Both the position numbers and the translations under genes were made by a program. The notes beneath the pieces are model-generated. The model made no database searches. It was not told the origin of the DNA and saw only the letters and a program-made list of their open reading frames with translations. Below are positions 52,078 to 56,060 of a DNA stretch of 56,060 nt, one piece after another (within the stretch, counting starts at the first letter, position 1; each line of letters opens with the position of its first letter). The stretch lies in the NCBI GenBank assembly GCA_041675085.1, contig JBAYUN010000005.1:1-56060 (forward strand), written 5' to 3'. The DNA is from Minisyncoccota bacterium. GTDB taxonomy: Bacteria > Patescibacteriota > Minisyncoccia > Phycocordibacterales > UBA9973.

Positions 52078-52911
52078 TTATTTATGTTTATTTTTAGCAA
52101 CTTCTAAAACGTTTTTAAAAAGCATAGCAATAGTCACAGGACCTACTCCTCCAGGCACAGGTGATACAATACTAGCTACTTCTTTTACAGACTCCAAATC
52201 CACATCTCCAGACAGACTACCATTGGACTCTGAAGTGCCTGCATCAATTAGGATTACATCTTTTTTAAGCATTGAACCTTTAATATAAGAAGCCTGACCT
52301 ATACCTGAAATAATAACATCAGCATTTTTAATCACCTCTTCTTTATTCTTACTCATACTGTTTAAACAAATATGTTTAAGATTTCTAAGCTCTAGCATTT
52401 TGGAAACAGGTCGGCCCACCAACTCTCCAGTCCCTAGAACTACTATATTTTTAAGACTTAAATCTATATTTAAACTATCTAAAATATGCATACAAGCCAA
52501 AGCTGTAGGTAAACCTAAAACATTTTCACCATTGTAAAATTTAGAATTAGATACAGCACCCAAACAATCCACGTCCAAATCGCTCTCAATAGCATCAAGA
52601 ACTAAACGCGTATCGACAGATGAAGGCAAAGGCAACTGCACAATAACACCAGACATATTCTCTATCTTATTTATCAATTTAATATGATCTATTAGCTCTG
52701 ATGTAGAAATATTTTTATTAAAAAATGCTTTATGAAAAACTAGACCCAAAGACTCGGCTGTTTTCATTTTCATATTAACGTATTGCAAAGAAGCCGGATC
52801 CTCTCCGACCACTACGTCACAAAAAATAGGCTTGAATTCCAAAGCCTGGATTTCTTTTTTTAAATCCATCAAGATACTATCTCTAATTTTTCTTCCGTTA
52901 ATGATTTGCAT
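52078..52911 (-). CDS. folD: bifunctional methylenetetrahydrofolate dehydrogenase/cyclohydrolase
   Basis: YVNMKMK, VQLPLP and PVPGGVGPVT blocks. Confidence 0.9.
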   Translation of the reverse strand: MQIINGRKIRDSILMDLKKEIQALEFKPIFCDVVVGEDPASLQYVNMKMKTAESLGLVFHKAFFNKNISTSELIDHIKLINKIENMSGVIVQLPLPSSVDTRLVLDAIESDLDVDCLGAVSNSKFYNGENVLGLPTALACMHILDSLNIDLSLKNIVVLGTGELVGRPVSKMLELRNLKHICLNSMSKNKEEVIKNADVIISGIGQASYIKGSMLKKDVILIDAGTSESNGSLSGDVDLESVKEVASIVSPVPGGVGPVTIAMLFKNVLEVAKNKHK

Positions 52912-52919
52912 ATTTGTAA

Positions 52920-54050
52920 TTATAATCCTAAAAATTCATTTTTAATATCATCTCTGTGAGCTATTCTTCTGTAGCGATGCATACTCACCAATATCCCCAG
53001 AGCAGCAAATTCAGTCAAAAGATGACTACCTCCATAGCTCATCAAAGGCAGAGGAATACCAGTAACAGGCATAACGCCGATATTCATACCAATATTTATC
53101 AATATATGAGTAATAAAATAAATCGCAATACCTAGAGCAAAAAGAGTTTCAAAATTCGAGGCTCCATAGGAAGCAAAGTACAATATACGCCAAATAATCA
53201 AGCCAAACAAAATCAATAAAGTCGTCGCGCCAAGGAAACCCCATTCTTCACTAAAAGCCGCAAAAATAAAATCGGTTTGAGATTCAGGTAAAAACTTTAA
53301 GCGAGACTGAGTCCCAAAACCTACCCCCTTACCTAGTATTTGCCCACTGCCGACGGCTACAGTGGATTGGAATACATTATAACCTGAACCTTGAATGTCG
53401 GACAAAGGATTGATAAAAGTCGAAATACGCTTCTTTTGGTAGGGAGCAAAAACAGAAGTCCAGAGCACTAAAAATATAAGAGCCGCTCCACCAAAGACTA
53501 CCAATAAATGTTTTTTAGAAATACCAGAAACGAGGACCATACCGAGCCAAATAAAAAAGATAACCATAGCTGAACCGAAGTCAGGTTGCAAGAAGACCAA
53601 GATAAAAGGTACTAAGGCGTATAATCCTGAGATAAAAATGTGTTTAAAATCTTTGATCTCTACGTGACGTCGAGAAAAATATTTTGCTAAAATCAAAATC
53701 AAAACTAGTTTCATCATATCCACCGGCTGAAACGAGACTCCCCCAAAGTCAAACCAGCTCTTGGCCCCTTTGGCGACATTACCTAAAACAAACAATGCGA
53801 GTAAGACAAAAGCAAAGAATAAAAACAAACTCACCAATACTCCGGTCTGTTTCAAGAAACTAAAATCAATAAATGAAAAAATAAAAAATACCACAAAAGA
53901 CAATCCCACCCAGATTAATTGTTTTGAGAAAAAGTCTCCTCCACTCTCAGTCGATGAAAAAGACCTCATAGTAATAAGCCCAAAAGATACTACAGGTAAT
54001 ACTAAAAAAACCAAAATCCAATCTATTTTTTTAAAAATTTGATTCCACAT
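52920..54050 (-). CDS. SEDS-family peptidoglycan glycosyltransferase (FtsW/RodA)
   Basis: About 10 TM helices; QPDFGSA, ESQTDFIFA and PLPLMSYGGS blocks. Confidence 0.9.
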   Translation of the reverse strand: MWNQIFKKIDWILVFLVLPVVSFGLITMRSFSSTESGGDFFSKQLIWVGLSFVVFFIFSFIDFSFLKQTGVLVSLFLFFAFVLLALFVLGNVAKGAKSWFDFGGVSFQPVDMMKLVLILILAKYFSRRHVEIKDFKHIFISGLYALVPFILVFLQPDFGSAMVIFFIWLGMVLVSGISKKHLLVVFGGAALIFLVLWTSVFAPYQKKRISTFINPLSDIQGSGYNVFQSTVAVGSGQILGKGVGFGTQSRLKFLPESQTDFIFAAFSEEWGFLGATTLLILFGLIIWRILYFASYGASNFETLFALGIAIYFITHILINIGMNIGVMPVTGIPLPLMSYGGSHLLTEFAALGILVSMHRYRRIAHRDDIKNEFLGL

Positions 54051-54833
54051 TTACTTTAATCTAATATTTTGAATATTGAACATCGGGATTATCTCTTTGG
54101 TCAATACTTTTTTGGACATAGGTGCTCTCCAAGTAAAATTCACATCAACTCGACTCTCTCTATTCAAAACCGGTACATAAGTACTACTCACAGACAGAGC
54201 ATTATTTAAATCATCATAAAGAATAGCTACAGCATTCAGATCAGGAATCACAAACAAAGAATCGTTCCTAATCACGGCAGACAATTTCGGAGTAGAATCT
54301 TCGTTTGTCAGATTGATATCATAGACTACAAGATTCAGCTGATCTACTACAGACGGATCGACGTTCTCCCACAGAGGGGCTTCGGTGAATTCAAAAGTAG
54401 TATAGACAGGTATAGAATTACCTAGATTGATAGCTGGTTCAAATACAGCAAATTTACCCGCTGGTGGCACAAATGTCTCACCTTCACGTTGACCTATGTA
54501 TAGATTATCTTTATCAGCAAAACGAAATCTGTATTTAATTTTGCGAATTATTTTATTTGGGTTTTGATTTTCTATATAAGAAACTGCATTATATCGGCCG
54601 GGTACCACTTCAAAACTTCTAGACCAGAAAATAGACAATTTATCTACTTCAAAAGAACACGCTCTCACGCAACCACCACCACAGTCGACACCTAACTCAG
54701 TCCCATTTTGCTTGCCATCAAAACATGTAGGAGGCTTGTTAATATAAGGCCATAAAAAATAAAGAGCAATAGCTCCAAAAAAGATTAAAAGTCCTAATAT
54801 GTATAAAATCTGCCGTTTTAAAGCCCAAGTCAT
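54051..54833 (-). CDS. membrane-anchored hypothetical protein with an N-terminal Cys-rich motif
   Basis: TM helix, then CFDGKQNGTELGVDCGGGCVRAC. The ATG lies 6 nt after TGTTATAAT. Confidence 0.5.
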   Translation of the reverse strand: MTWALKRQILYILGLLIFFGAIALYFLWPYINKPPTCFDGKQNGTELGVDCGGGCVRACSFEVDKLSIFWSRSFEVVPGRYNAVSYIENQNPNKIIRKIKYRFRFADKDNLYIGQREGETFVPPAGKFAVFEPAINLGNSIPVYTTFEFTEAPLWENVDPSVVDQLNLVVYDINLTNEDSTPKLSAVIRNDSLFVIPDLNAVAILYDDLNNALSVSSTYVPVLNRESRVDVNFTWRAPMSKKVLTKEIIPMFNIQNIRLK

Positions 54834-54863
54834 GGAATGATTATAACATAAAAATTAGGTAAA

Positions 54864-54894
54864 TAAAAAACCTTTATTTGCATAAAGGTTTTTA
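54864..54894 (-). terminator. intrinsic terminator after 5S rRNA
   Basis: AACCTTTAT-TTGC-ATAAAGGTT stem with flanking A/T runs. Confidence 0.75.
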
Positions 54895-54909
54895 TAGAAT
54901 CAAGTACTC

Positions 54910-55021
<112 letters not shown>

Positions 55022-55171
55022 TGAAAACTCGATTAGAAGAATTTTTACAAAATTTTTTAAAACTTCGCCCTCGGAGTCATAAAGACAGGGGACCCACGTT
55101 TTTTAAAATTTTATAAAAATTCTTTTTAATTTAAAGTCTTGCGACTAATATATAACAAATATATTTTGTGG

Positions 55172-56060
55172 TTTACAAATTTCTTAACAGGAATCGAAAC
55201 ATTAGTACTTCTCAGCTAATACATTACTGTATTTACACTTAAAGCCTATCAACCTGATCATCTCTCAGGGTTCTAATAACGATTCCTAATCTTGAAGCTG
55301 GCTTCCCTCTTAGATGCTTTCAGAGGTTATCCATTCCCGACATAGCTACCGAGCAGTCCAGTTGGCACTAGAGCTCGTACACCAGAGGTCAGTTCACCCC
55401 GGTCCTCTCGTACTAGGGGCAAATCTTCTCAAGAATCAACGAGTGCAGTAGATAGGAGACCAACCTGTCTCACGCAAAATGTTTTATATCAAACTCTCAT
55501 CTACAAGAGCAGAACCTTTATTACTAAAGGGATCGGACTGTGACTTTAACTTACAAAATAAGTTATCTAACATTCAGTCTCTACGGGCATCTCTTAAAGA
55601 GAATTCCCTCGGCGTTATCCTTTGTTTTCACAAATAGGATTTCTCCGATATAAGTTAGCTTCTCGTATTGTATTACTACAATACGCCGCCGTGATGTGTA
55701 TTTTTCAACACATGGTTGTTTTCAGTTTTATATGAGCACTTACGTCTCATATATTTTCTTCGCTCGGACATTATAAAAATAAATTTTTATATGCTCCTCG
55801 CTTGAAAATATAACAGTTCTAATTCATATTCGAATTTGTCTTCCTCGCGGGATTCAGACTGTGAAAAACGCAAAACGCATATCATGCAACTTGTAACAAA
55901 AAGTTATAAGTTTTGATTTATACGCTATACGACCTTCACGGTCTGAACCCAGCTCGCGTACCTTTTTAATTGGCGAACAGCCAAACGCTTGGCAGCTTCT
56001 CCACCGCCGCGCTAAGGTGAGCCGACATCGAGGTGCCGAACTCCGCCGTCGATATGAACT
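55172..56060 (-). rRNA. rrl: 23S rRNA, 3' portion (partial, continues past the right edge), interrupted by an intron
   Basis: The reverse complement contains GGTTCAGACCGT...CGTGAGACAGGTTGGTCTCCTATC, the sarcin-ricin region CTAGTACGAGAGGACCGG and the 3' end AGTACTAATG. Confidence 0.9.
55475..55937 (-). ncRNA. group-I-like intron in 23S rRNA domain V (no ORF)
   Basis: 463 nt split the conserved ...GACCGU | CGUGAGACAG... The 5' exon ends in U and the insert ends in G. R/S-like core GUAGAGACUGAA ... CACAGUCCG gives P7 GACUG/CAGUC. Several GUAA-capped hairpins. Confidence 0.6.

Overview
AT-rich bacterial chromosome segment. Gene content and rRNA peculiarities fit a small-genome Patescibacteria/CPR-type organism best (inference). 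rRNA genes on the minus strand bound the window. The 5' ~550 nt of a 16S gene lies at the left edge. A 5S gene plus the 3' ~890 nt of a 23S gene lie at the right edge. The 23S is interrupted by a 463-nt ORF-less group-I-like intron in domain V. Between them are about 55 protein genes, mostly on the minus strand. They cover housekeeping and envelope functions: SecG, SecD, SecF, RNase J, FtsE/FtsX, RF2, CTP synthase, GatC/GatA, FolD, a SEDS protein, UppP, PAP2, MltG, MsrA/MsrB, HtpX, LemA, SPFH, and a DsbB plus thioredoxin pair. They also include DgkA, a pgl-gnd-zwf operon, glutamate dehydrogenase, and four large secreted proteins ending in peptidoglycan-binding domains. Five tRNA genes are present: Gln, Thr, Asp, a CAU elongator type and an initiator-like CAU. 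No transposase, integrase, CRISPR array or recognisable defence genes were seen. The strongest observations follow. (1) A roughly 110-nt leader module occurs three times. It carries a conserved 8-codon uORF (MNPVK[Y/S]FK) whose codons 2-5 are perfectly complementary to the sequence covering the start codon of the downstream membrane-protein gene. (2) An intact tRNA-Gln lies nested between the two halves of a second tRNA-Gln-like gene, which also has a 30-nt hairpin inserted in its T loop. A separate 5' tRNA-Asp fragment lies upstream of the intact tRNA-Asp. (3) The 23S intron, with the 16S separated from 23S-5S by about 54 kb. (4) A TATAAT-N6-7-ATG (leaderless) architecture recurs at many starts. 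(5) A GC-rich three-stem RNA-like element plus terminator lies upstream of a deoxyhypusine-synthase-like gene. (6) The surface proteins share shuffled modules, one with a C-type lectin domain carrying EPN/WND motifs. All functional calls rest on motifs read by eye from the translations. No database search was run.
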